Positions 11,487 to 23,559 of a stretch of DNA of 64,000 nucleotides are shown here, piece by piece. The stretch's first letter is position 1. Each line of letters starts with the position of its first letter. A model generated the notes under the pieces. That model was given only the letters and a program-made list of their open reading frames with translations, had not been told where the DNA came from and did no database searches. Origin of the DNA: Octopus vulgaris (taxonomy: Eukaryota); contig OX597817.1 in NCBI GenBank assembly GCA_951406725.2, positions 97,340,001-97,404,000 on the forward strand, in the 5' to 3' direction. The position numbers and the translations under genes were made by a program.

Positions 11487-14400
11487 ATCTATCTACAAAC
11501 ACCTCCTCAAAGACATTTCAAAAGAAGAAAAAAAACTGAAACTTTCGAAATGAATAAGTGACCTTCCCTCTTGCCTCTTGTCTCTTTCAATGTAGTGTGT
11601 GAAACACAAATTTCTTAAACATCAATTATGCTTAAATTAGGTTGTGTGAATGCGCGTGGCTTGGCGTCGGCTTGGATGCAAGGTTACCTTCTAAACGACA
11701 TCAAGTCACTGAACGTGGATATAGTAGCTATCAGTGAAACCAGACTCAGCAAGCCACGGGCCCTCGCGTCCATGTTTGGCGATCAATTCGACATTTATTT
11801 TTCTCCCTGTCTGCCGAACATGGGTGGTGGAGGTACAGCGGTGCTTTTTCGAAAGAGTCTAAATGTAAAAGTAAGAACAATATTCCTAGACCCGGAGGGT
11901 AGGCTGGTTGTCTTGGACGTGGATGGCAGAAATGGGTGTGCATTCCGTCTGATGGCAGTTTATGCACCGTCCTTAACAGATCGAGCGGATTTCTTCAGAC
12001 GTCTAGAGGTTTTCCTGGGTACGTCTAGACCTTTACTGTTAGTAGGGGATTGGAACGCTACCTTGGACACGCATCTAGACTATGTGGGAATGAATAGGGA
12101 TAGAAGGGGCTGTAAGTACCTCAAAGACATGCTCAGACGTTTCCATTTGTCTGACAGGTCGACCATCCGAACGTGCCAACGTGGACTTGGACAAACCACG
12201 TCGGATCATCGGGATCTTATCTAGATAGAATTCTATGCAGGACAGCGGATAGGGATAGTGTAGGATGTCCACAATTTAAAATAGTCAGCTACACAGATCA
12301 CAAATTTGTGACGTGTACGCTCGACTTAGATAAGACACATAGACAGGGTCCCGGTTACTGGAAACTGAACACGTCGCTCTTAGCGCGACAGGTTTACAGG
12401 AACCGGATTAGCGAGTTAATTAAGAGGGTGTTGGCGGGAGCCGTCGTTAACAACCGCTGGCAGTTCGCCCTGAAAATGGCAATAAAATCGGAATCAATTA
12501 GGTTTAGCAAGGAATTAGCGATAGATCGAAATAGAGTAGAGGGAGACTTGGTTAAGAAACTAGAAGAGGCACTTACCACTGGCAGCGCAACCAACGTGCT
12601 GGCTGCGAGGATGGCCCTCGACCAACACCTCAACGCCAAACTCGAAGGTTGCGTCGTCAGAGCTAAAATGCGTGCCTTAAGGAACGAAGGGATCGAAGCT
12701 GCGCGTGAGGCCCGGGTAGCGGAGGCGCAACGTGGCAACAGAGCAACCATTCGGTCTCTAATAGATCAACAGGGATGCAGTTTACTCGAACCCGAAAGGA
12801 TGTGTGAGGCCTTTCAACACTTTGCTCGACTGTTTGGTGCGAGTTGTGGGTCGGAACGCGGGATGGATTTCAGTGCCTACCTGACCGATCTGCCGCGGCT
12901 CTCGGCAAGAGAAGCGGAGTGTTGTGAAAGTCTCATCACAGCCGCTGACGTGCGGGATGCGATGGCGAGCTGCGCGAGGGATAAGTCGCCTGGATTGAAT
13001 GGTTTACCCTACGAGCTGTATTGTCAAATGCCAGACTTGTTTGGCGACCTCTTGGCATCAGTCTACTGCAACTGGCAACAAAACGGGAGAATCCCCGGTT
13101 TCGTGAGCCGAGGTGCAATGACGTTGCTGAAGAAAGACCCAAACAAGGGGAATTTTATAGATAATTTCAGGCCCATCACTCTGAAAATTTTGGCCAAAGT
13201 AATAGCCGAGAGGTTGGCGCTTGTCATTGGTAAACTGGTCGACAGGGCGCAAACATGCGCCGTGCCGGGCAGAACCATACATGACAACCTCCATCTGATG
13301 CGCTACATTGTGGACAGGGTAGTTAAGGATCCTGGCATAGGTGGGGCGCTGATCAATTTGGATCAGTCTAAAGCCTTCGATAAGGTCGACCATCAGTACT
13401 TGGCGGCCGTCCTCAGGGCAGCTGGCTTCGGTCCCGTCTTCCGCGGTGATTCGGGTGAACGGTCACCTGTCGAAATCGTTTGACATCACGCGTTCGGTCC
13501 GTCAGGGGTGTCCCCTGTCGGTGCTTCTGAATGTATTGACTCTCGAGCCGCTACTGCGGAAGCTGGCGACACTGAGGGGCATCCCACGGGAACTGGGTTG
13601 CGGGACGAGCGTGTCGGCATATGCGGACGATGTCACCGTCATAGTGTCGAGCGAAAAACACATCCTGATGATAGGCGAGACACTAAAAAAATACGAAACG
13701 GTGACGGGGGCGAAAATTAAACCGGAAAAGTCAGTGGAGAAGCAAGCCCATACCGTCCGACTGCGGCTCAGTAGTGGACGGACGGACCGGTTAAATTGCT
13801 CGGGGTCTGGTTCGGTTCGGACCTCCAAATGGATAAGAACTGGGACGAGATCACGAGTAGAGTGGTCGCTCTCAGCCAAACATGGGCCGAGAGAAAGCTG
13901 TCTCTAAAAGGTCAGGCGGATGTGGCGAACGCGTACATCGCATCCGTCATCGATTACCGCCTGACCGTCGTGCCTTGTCCCGACGCCATCATCACCAAAC
14001 TGGAACGCATACTCTTCCTCTTTCTGTGGAAGGGTGGCGTTCCGATGCTGTCAACATCCGTTAAATGGAGGACTGGGCATGCCGTGGTTGATGATGCGCA
14101 GGCATGCGCTGAGACTGCGACATCTCTGAAACTTCATCGATGACGGTGAACAGGTGTGGGCGCCGTTTGTGAGGCACGCCTTCCCGCAGCTCGTCTCACT
14201 GACCGAACTGCAAACGTGGATCAAGAAGAGACCGAAACTGGGCGATTGGCACCGAGAGTGTCGCCAAGCTCTACAACAGCTCTACCGTCCGGGGTCAAAC
14301 TTGTGCAACTTACAAACGACTAAAGCGTTCTATAGAGGACTAGTGGAGGGCAGGTCCGATGACACACTCGGGGCAAACCTGGGCGTCGACGAGAAATTCC

Positions 14401-15227
14401 TAACCCGCCTTTTCAGAACGACGTTCGGGCCGGGGCCTATGGATAACTTCCAGAGATTCCTGGCTTGGCAATGCTATCGAGACGCACTACCTGTTTGAGA
14501 GAAGAGCTACATCCAAGGTTAGAAAACCATCACCGGACCGACCTGCCCGAGATGCGGTCAGAACGACGAAACCGTTCTGCACGCACTCGTGCAGTGTCCA
14601 GATATTTCAGAGCTGTGGACCTTCGTTGAACAGCTGTTGTCGCATGTAGGACGGGCCCGCTTATCGGTCGAGTCTATCGTGAATATTGTTCCACCACCTT
14701 CCTTTAAACGGGAAGGGAAAACAGTTTTCGTTACGCTGATGGTTATGGCGAAAAAATGTGTGTGGTGGACGCGTTTGAAAGGACTACTCTCTGGTCAGTC
14801 TCTCGTCAACTTTTTCAAGTACCACTTGAAAAGGAGGATGAGAATAGAGAGGAAGGCTTTGTCGAACGAATGTTTTAATAAAAAGTGGGTAAAAGTGGCA
14901 AAAATGGTGTGTATGAAAGACGACACCATTTTAAGCGTAAATATGTAACCAAAACAGACTACGAGAGGTGACTTACTCATGTGTTCATTTTCGAACTGTC
15001 TGAGGTGACCTTGGTCTTTTTTGCAGGTTTTTCTTTCCAAGGCTACACCTAAAATGTGAACTTTATATATATTGCTTTTTTATACACCACATAACCCACA
15101 GATCCCTATTGATCGAAGGTTTTTTTCTGTGTGTCCCACCCATCCCATCTCGAAAAGAAAAAACTCTACATTGTATTTCGTCCATTTTTTTCTGTGTTTA
15201 GACCTGTGTGGCCACAATAAAAAGTTA

Positions 15228-15302
<75 letters not shown>

Positions 15303-15348
15303 CACGATTTTTTCGTGATCAGAGTTGTTCGAAAACCGAGGTACTACG
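11264..15348. mobile_element. pogo/Tigger-like MITE (TA-flanked) interrupted by an L1/Tx1 insertion
   Basis: TIR CAGTAGAACCTCGGTTTTCGAACAACTTTGATCACGAA at 11264 matches the reverse complement at ~15312-15348; TA on both sides. Confidence 0.75.
11497..15226 (+). mobile_element. L1/Tx1-clade LINE, ORF2 pseudogene 11628-14948 (APE endonuclease, RT, C-terminal Cys motif) with frameshifts
   Basis: CVNARGL, ISET, VYAP, GDWN, YLDRI, TDH, PGYWKLNTSLL, DKSPG, NFRPITL, LDQSKAFDKVDH, SVRQGCPLS, AYADD, CPRC..ETVLHAL..C; AATAAA at the 3' end. Confidence 0.93.
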
Positions 15349-18300
15349 TATTTATGTCTTGCGTATCTATATCTGTATATGTATGTAGCCATGTACCTGC
15401 GTCGGTATATTTAGTGTATATACGTATATTATAGATTGTTTGGTATGTGTATATATTGCTAAATGTATATGTAATCTAGGGTGAATTTTTTTAAACGATA
15501 TATCTGTTAATTTATTAATTTATTATTATTTTTACAGCTGATTATTTTCCCTGGGTATTCAGGCCTTTTCCTTCTTTAAAAGCTATTTTTGATTTAAGGT
15601 TTTCTTCGATTTTTATAATAATATGATTTTAAACCGCAATTTGTTATTTCGCATTTTTTTCGCATTTATGTGCTTACTCTGGTGAAACACGCTCTTTTTT
15701 TAGAAGGTTTGGGCGACTCTCCACAAGTAGGAAGAAGAAACAGCTGAAAGAAACGGAACTTTATCCACTGGATTTTTCTCTAAAAAATATACTCATCCCG
15801 GCACAGAAGCAATACCTCAAGAGTTATCGAAAAAAGCCTTCTTCTTTGGTACAAAGCAGAAATCTAACGGAAACAAATAATGAACTCGTATAAGATCTTC
15901 GTAAACTCCGACAAGATAAAACACTTATACGCGGTTGACAAAGATGTCTACTTTCGAACGTCTACTTTCGAACAGCATCGAAATAGTGAATAAAATTTAT
16001 GGACTTGGAAAAATAGCAAGTCGGTGATAGATTGGGAATCATTGCAAATTTACGCAGTTTGATATTGTCGATTATTACCCGTCAATATCTAGGTCTTTGC
16101 TTCTAAAAGCATTGGACTTCGCAAGCAGTATGTCACCATCGTTAGTTCAGAAATAGATACTATCATGCATGCAAGGATATCCCTTCTTTTTTACAAGTAT
16201 TCCATCTAGGTCAAAAAGAGTGAGGATTCTCTTTTCGATGTACCGATGGGGACATCTAATGGGGTGGACTTAGGTATGCTTATAGGAACTTATATCTTGC
16301 GTAATCTGCGTCTAGAATTCCCATTTATTGATTATACAGAGATGACGGTCATATAGTCATCCATAATATAAACAGCCATGAGTTAGATAAACTTAGGAAG
16401 AATCTGATTACTTTCTTCCAAAGAATGAGCTTACGGACTACGATAGAACGTAACCTTAATAACGTAGATATTTTAGATATCAACTTAGATTTGCTATTAC
16501 ATAAATTTAAACCCTACCGTAAGCCCAATGAAAAGATATGTTATATTAGTAAAGAATTTAATCATCCACCCGTAATTCTTAAGAACCTAGTTAATAATGT
16601 TGCGGAAGGCGAATATCATCAATTTCTGCGGACGAGACAGCATTTCAAAATGTTGCACCATAATGCATTAAGAGAAAGTGGATTCTCGGAGATCAGTATA
16701 ATCAAGCTAATTCTAACAATAATAGACCACGTAGAACTAGAACTAAGAAAGTTTTGTGGTTTAACCCCGAATCTAATATTGCCGTAAAAACTGATATAGG
16801 TAGGTAATTCTTAAAATTAGTTTCTAAACATTTTCAATCTAGCCATACGTTCTATAGAATTTATAATAGAACACTGAAGGTTAGCTATTCTTGTTGCAAA
16901 AACTTTGCCTCTTTTATTAACCAGCAAAATACGAAAATTATTACAAACAACTACAGTACCGAATCAAATCTGAGGAACTGCAACTTCAAAGATAAGACTT
17001 GCTGTCCGTCAGAAGGTAAATGTCTTGAAAAAGGAACTTTTTATAGAGCTAAAGTGCAAGTAGATGGTTTGCACTTCCCACCAAAATTCTTTCCGATACT
17101 CCGAGAATAGGACAGCAACTAATCTTGCAAAGCATGTCTGGGAACTGAAAGAGAATGACACCCGCCCTTTCAATGTAACCAGGCAAATTCTAGAAAAAGC
17201 ATAATCATACAGACATGGAGCTTATAAAAGACCTATGAAATGTAATCTTTGCCTCTCAGAAAAGTTCTTCATTCTGTTCCAGGATAAACATGCTTTGAAC
17301 TAGAGATGCGAGCTCTTAAATTCGTAGTGCATATTTCGACCTTACTTTTAAGAAAGCCTTCGATTGTTTTACAAATTTAAGCTTAAGCTACGCCGAGGTT
17401 TATTTTTATTGCCTACTCACACATTTAATTATGTTATATCAATTTATTGCGCAATTTCCTTATTTTAACATTTTAATATTATATATACCAGACAGTTTCT
17501 AAAATTGTTTGCGTATATACGTTATGATGTATATATTTATCTTGATGTGAACATATGTCTCTATATATTTATGTGTATGTATGTATGTATGAGTGTGTAC
17601 GTGTATATATGTGCGTGTGTATGTGTATACATATATATATATGTATATATATATGTGTGTGTGTATGTATGTATGTATATGTGTATATACATTTATATAT
17701 GTGGGCATGCATTTGCGTACATAATTTTTTGCATATTTGTATGCGTGTCTATATGTGTGTATTTGTACGTATGTTTGTATTTATGTAGTTATACTTGTAA
17801 TTTTATGTGTGCATTTTTATATGTGTACGTTTCGCAAGCTGAACGAAGTATCTAACCTTCATTAGATACCTTTCGAAGGCCATCATTTCACTCTCTCTAA
17901 CTCTATCTGCTTTTCCCCTCTTTTCTCCCTCCTTGTTATTCTCTGATTTTTCCTTTTCTTTCTTTCACCTGTAACAACTAACTTCTATAAGCACACACCA
18001 GGAGATTTTGTGCACGCACGTATGTGTGAGTGTGTGCGTACATACATATATATGCATTTGTATATATTTATGTCTTGCCTATATATGTCTGTATATGTAT
18101 GTAGTCATGTACCTGCGTCTTGCCTATATATGTCTGTATATGTATGTAGCCATGCACCTGCATCAGTATGTTTAGTGTATATACGTATATTATAGATTGT
18201 TTGGTATGTGTATATATTGCTAAATGTATATGTAATCTAGGGTGGAATTTTTTTAAACGATATATCTGTTAATTTATTATTATTTTTACAGCTGATTATT

Positions 18301-18518
18301 TTCCCTGGGTATTCAGGCCTTTTCCTTCTTTAAAAGCTATTTTTGATTTAAGATTTTCTTCGATTTTTATAATAATATGATTTTAAACCGCAATTTGTAA
18401 TTTCATGCAACCACTTATTGAAAAGACCGTTAGTTGGAAGGACCAATGAAACAAAACCATTTTCAAATGTGTATCTATACATGCATATAACTTTATCTTG
18501 CTCTATTCTAAAAAAAAA

Positions 18519-18556
18519 CTCTCCGACGAATGGGAACGTGAAACTCTGAGTAACAG
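18519..18556 (+). ncRNA. Minimal HHR-like motif (CCGACGA core) in Penelope 3' pseudo-LTR
   Basis: CCGACGA-ATG-ggaa-CGT-GAAACTCTGAGTA: short stem II, quasi-palindromic stem III (ACTC/GAGT), GUA triplet. Confidence 0.5.
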
Positions 18557-18670
18557 TTTTTTAAATATTTTTCCTGCTTTTTAATAAAGCATATTACTCT
18601 GCCTCTGGTATTCGAGTACTAATTTTTCCGCCTTATTTCACATTTATGTGCTTACTCTGGTATATGCGAG

Positions 18671-18744
<74 letters not shown>

Positions 18745-18747
<3 letters not shown>

Positions 18748-19460
18748 TCGTTATTTATTGTACTTGTCTTGTTTTCCATTGGTTTCTTTCGTTGTTCACA
18801 AAAAGAAGTTCGCATTCCATGTTTTCGTATATCGTATTTCATGTTGTTTGCGTCTCCCCCTTCGATTTTTTCCTCTCATCCTTTCTCTAATTGTTTTTCC
18901 TTCCCCTTTACCGTTCCCTATCTGTCCCTCTCTCTTTCTCATTCTTCCTCCTTTACTCTCTCGTTGCTCACACGTGACCATCGGCCAGCTTCTTTCTTTC
19001 CTTTTGATCTGCCACACAGATCATACGCCTTCTTGTCTGTCTCCTCTCCTATCTTTTCTCCTGTCAAAGCTTGTTCCTCTAGCATTCGCCACCTCACCTC
19101 GTTATGGCTTAGCAGCCCTTACTGTTTGTTTTCACTGTCCTGTTTTTCTACCAACTTTGACCCTCCGCAAATCCCAAATTTTATTTTTGCTTTGCGGGAG
19201 CAACTGTTTTTCCGAAGACACATGTTGCAATTGCTCGAAATGTGGAGTAGATAAAACAGCCGACAACTGATGGAGGGTCGTTCTTTATGTTACTTGTCTT
19301 GTTTTCCATGTTCCTTTCGTTGTTCGTAAAAAAAAAGTTCCTATTCCATGTTTTCGCATTTCGTATTTCATGTTGTTTACGTTTTATGACGTCCTGTACC
19401 TATATATGCATATGTATATACATATATCTGTAAGTATGTACATATATGTATGTATATATG
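18745..19460 (+). mobile_element. Non-coding element with ~100-bp direct repeats, TA-flanked
   Basis: TACTTGTCTTGTTTTCCAT...TTCATGTTGTTT at ~18760-18850 and ~19290-19380; related to 40550-41500. Confidence 0.55.
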
Positions 19461-19468
19461 CATATATA

Positions 19469-20716
19469 TTAGGTTGGCAACTAAGTTCCCGCCGTTTTTT
19501 TAAATTTGGAATTTATTGCGTTTTTAAATTTTAAATCTAATTTTTTTTCGAGAATTCTATTTTTGAATCATTTTGGAATCTATTTTTTTCCTAGTTAATT
19601 TTAATTAATTTTTGTTTATTTTCAGATCATTAGGGTGGAATGTCAAGTTAAGAAAAACGACACTTCCTTCTTTCTGTTCTAAGGCCACAAAACTGCTCGC
19701 GATATTTGTGCTGTGTATGGAAAGCGTGCCATAGCTGAAAGAACCGCTCGTGATTGGTATGCCAAGTTAAAAATGGAAATTTTGACCTCAAAGACGCACC
19801 TCGTTCTGGCCGTCCAGTTGAGTTCGTTGAAGTGCGATTAAACCAACTTTTGCATGAAAATTCTCGTCAAACAACAAGTTAACTGGCAGAAAAAATGGAG
19901 TGCTTCCACACTGCTATAGAGAAGCCTCTTCACTCGATGGGCAAGGTTTTTAAATATGGAACATAGGTTCCGCATGCTTTAAGTGACAACAACAAAAATC
20001 AACGAGCCACAATCTCCGCTGGTTTGCTTGCTCATCACCGCTCAACTCATGGACACAAGCAACGATTTCTTTACCGAATCGTTACTGGCGAAACGATGGT
20101 GCCTGTACATCAATATGAAGCAGCGTAAGGAATCACTTAGCCCCGATAAACAAGCGACCACGCGCGTGAAACAAGATCTTCATCCGCGTAAAACGATGTT
20201 GTGCATATGGTTAGACTGGGAAGGGATTGTCCATTACAAATTGCTTGAACAGAACCAAACGGTCAACGTGAAACTCTATGTTCAACAGATGGAACGACTC
20301 AACACGGCTATTCAAGAGAAAAGATCTAATCGGCAGCATGGAGTTCTTCTGCTGCACGACAACACCCGCCCTCATATCGCCAATATGACCAAGAAAGCCA
20401 TTCAAACGCATGGCTGGGAAGTGCTACCACACCCGCCGTACTCTCTTGATTTGGCACGAACGGATTTCCATCTCTCTCAATCTCTTTCAAATGCTATGCA
20501 CGCAGTTTCGTTCAATACTGGATGCAGAATTGAGAACTTGGTTGGATCAATTTTCGAGTCGAAATCGGGTGATTTCTACCAACGAGGTATTGAAAATCTT
20601 GTTGAACGTTGGGAAGAAGTTGTAAACAACAAGGGTGAATGCATTATTGATTAATTAGTTATTTTTTTATTAAGCCTTTTAAAAATTTAAATGAAAAAAA
20701 AACAGCAGTAACTTAA
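19469..20716 (+). mobile_element. Mariner transposon, defective
   Basis: TA|TTAGGTTGGCAACTAAGTTCCCGCCG TIR; transposase motifs LLHDNTRPH, HPPYSLDLA; frameshifts; right TIR eroded. Confidence 0.92.
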
Positions 20717-20769
20717 TATATTATTTATATTATTATATGATTGAACACCACGCATCTATTTCCAAGTAA

Positions 20770-20810
<41 letters not shown>

Positions 20811-21987
20811 CTAGCATTATGACCCGTCGTTGCCGGGTCATAGTGCTAGTGTATGCATATATGTGTTTATATATGTGTACGTATTATATGTACATCTATA
20901 TATATACATCAACAATACATAAAATACAAAATACAAAGTTATATCTTGACGTCGCTAGTGATAACAATACTCAAAATATATAACAGACTGGAATTGTAAG
21001 CCCGTCTCTTGCAATTTCGATCAATTGTATCTTGTCCTCCCTCTTGTATAGGAGTGTGGCTACAATCCAGCCTACCCCAACTTCTGGGTGGGGGGGCATT
21101 TTTAATTTTTATCTGGCACGTCCTACGTCCCAGATATAAAGGTAAAAATAAAATATTTCCACTTTGCAAGTTCGAATTGAGTACTCCCTTGCACGCTCCG
21201 TTGACTCGAACCTTGCTTCTATTGTGGCGAATTTACCGCCTCTGGTTAGATATCTTTCATAGTCGCACCAAGACACTTTTCGATGGTGCTTTCCTCCAGG
21301 TGTTCAAATCTTCTTTTTTCTCTACATTGTATACTTCATAGACAATAGTTTTTTCTTTAATTTAATTTTTTATTATCCATCTGGACTATTCCATTTCTGC
21401 ACGCTAATTTTATTTTTAATTTATTCCCATTCATGTGAAACCACTTATTCAAGTTCAAGTCATTGATGCAATTTTATACTAATTGCTATTTTTACTTTTG
21501 TTATGTTACGATTATATTATACTTTAGTTTGATTTTAATTATTACTTACTACATATAATTTAATTGTTATTATTATTTTTTATTGTTAAAGTGAAAGTAT
21601 CTGACATAAAATAGAGAAATGTTTTTGTTTCACTTTTAAGACGCAATACTGAAATAGTAGAGAAGATATGATATTGCTATGGGCTCGCTCTAGGCAAGAA
21701 GTTGAACATTTTTTTTGCCCATGAAACTACATGGATCCTAAGTAAGGCATGTGTAAAATTTGAATGAAATTGGTTGTGTAGTTCTCAGGTTTTAGGGAAT
21801 CGTAGTGGAGAAGATATGATATTGCTGTGGGCTCGCCCTAGGCAAAAAGTTTTAAAAAATGTTTTGCTGATGACACTCCCCGGACCCCAAGTAAGGCATG
21901 TGTAAAATTTGAATGAAATTGGTTGGGTAGTTCTCAAGTTTTAGGGAAACAGACAGACAGACAGACACACACACACATTCTCAGTTT

Positions 21988-22000
<13 letters not shown>
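20811..22000 (-). mobile_element. Non-autonomous Helitron
   Basis: Minus-strand 5' TATATAAAACTGAGAATGTGTG..(TCTG)n; 3' hairpin CCCGGCAACGACGGG then CTAG|T; internal ~145-bp tandem duplication. Confidence 0.7.
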
Positions 22001-22020
<20 letters not shown>

Positions 22021-22677
22021 ATATCAGAAACTTGATTTCCATGACTTAAACATTGATTGATCAGTGACCAATGTCCTACGGCGAAAGAATATTAACTGAA
22101 AAAAGAATCGACTTGTGACTAATGTTATGGAGAGACAGTTCACATGAATGCAACAGACACTTGTCTTTAAACTCAAAAGAAATGAGAAAGGTGAAACTAT
22201 AGACAAAAGACTTTAGAACTATAGGGACAAATAACAGATTTCTCAAGCCTTTACAGTTGAACTGTGTCAACGATTAGCGACGAGAATTTTGACGCTTCAT
22301 GAAATATATTCAAATTTAAAATGAATTTAACAGTTTTGTGTTATTAAAGGGACCTTTCACAATGCAGCTGCTTCAGTTTCAGTACAAATTCTCAGATAAA
22401 GTCACTTACCAGACAAATAAAACTGAAAAACTAACAATAAAGTACCTTGCATACATACACATACACATATGCACAAGTAACTTTAATATTCTCTCTACTG
22501 TATCTTTACTTAAAAATACTCACCTAATTAACTTAGTTTCAATTCCATATACCTTCCTATTACATACTTCAAAGACTTTCTCTAAATTGAATATTTGTTC
22601 CACCCTATATTCTTTTTCTTTCTACATTTATTCTTTTTTACACTCTCTTCTACTTTGTCTTCTACTTCTGTCCATTC

Positions 22678-23210
22678 GTTGACTTTGCTTTTCATCCTTC
22701 CGCTGGTGAGGTGAGGGGTACAATAAAATAGGTACCAGTTGAGCACTGGGCTCGATGTGATCGTCTAACTTCCTGCCCCTAAATTGCTGGCCTTGTGTCA
22801 AAATTTGAAATCAATATTTTAAATTCGCTAAGGCGGTGAGCTGGCAGAATCGATAGTACGCCGGGCAAAATGCTTAGCGGCATTTCGTCCGTCTTCACAT
22901 TCTGAGTTCAAATTACGCCGAGGCTGGTTTTGCCAAGAAAGTTAAACTCTAGGGTCGGTGTAATGGACTTACCCACTCCTCTGAAATTACTGGCCTCGTG
23001 CCAAAATTTGAAGTCAGTATTAAAGCAGTGAGCTGGTAGAATCGTTAGCACACCAGAAAAAATCCCTAGCAGCATTTCACCCGTCTTTACGTTCTGAGTT
23101 CAAATTCCGCTGATGTCGACTTTGTTTGTACCAGTTGAGCACTGAGTCGATGTAATCGACAAGCCCTTCCCCCGCACTTACCGGTCTTGTGCAAAAATTT
23201 GAAACCAATA
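22678..23210 (+). mobile_element. Head-to-tail cluster of three SINE family B-related units
   Basis: Repeated GGTGAGCTGG(C/T)AGAATCG...TTCTGAGTTCAAATT...AAATTTGAA units at ~22678 (partial), ~22830 and ~23022. Confidence 0.7.
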
Positions 23211-23559
23211 CTTTAAATCATCTATTTTCAAAAAACATATCGAAATCATTTCTGCTCATTTTATGAATCAGGTCTAATAAATAACATCCAACATGACCCA
23301 AAGAATGTTCGTGCCCTTGCAAGGATCTCCAACCCTGAGACCCTGATAACCCAAATGGTGGAGTCGGGATGTGGAGTCTTTAAATATGAGTCTGACAGTG
23401 AGCCCTCTTTCCACCAGAAACAAGGTGTGGGCAATCACCGATATCTTTGTCGATGTGGTTGTTCTATGGCAGATCACCACAATTTTCTTTACAAATTTAG
23501 GTACTACATTTCAGATTGTGATTGTCAAAGTCACTGGTCCGAACAAATATTTTCCAGAC

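Larger units (their letters stand above)
11016..18661 (+). mobile_element. Penelope-like element with pseudo-LTRs (5' copy 11016-15683 interrupted; decayed RT/GIY-YIG ORF ~15690-17340; 3' copy 17968-18661)
   Basis: Motifs FDIVDYYPSI, FDVPMG, YRDDG, KPYRKPN, NHPP, KVSYSC, HVWELKE, CNLCLSEK; direct repeat CCTGTAACAACTAACTT...TTTTAAACCGCAATTTG...CATTTATGTGCTTACTCTGGT on both sides. Confidence 0.8.

Noticed and set aside
17499-17855. ORFs rich in YI/VC/HT/MYVC here and throughout the window
   Set aside because: Translations of (TA)n, (TG)n, (TACA)n and (TGCG)n repeats.
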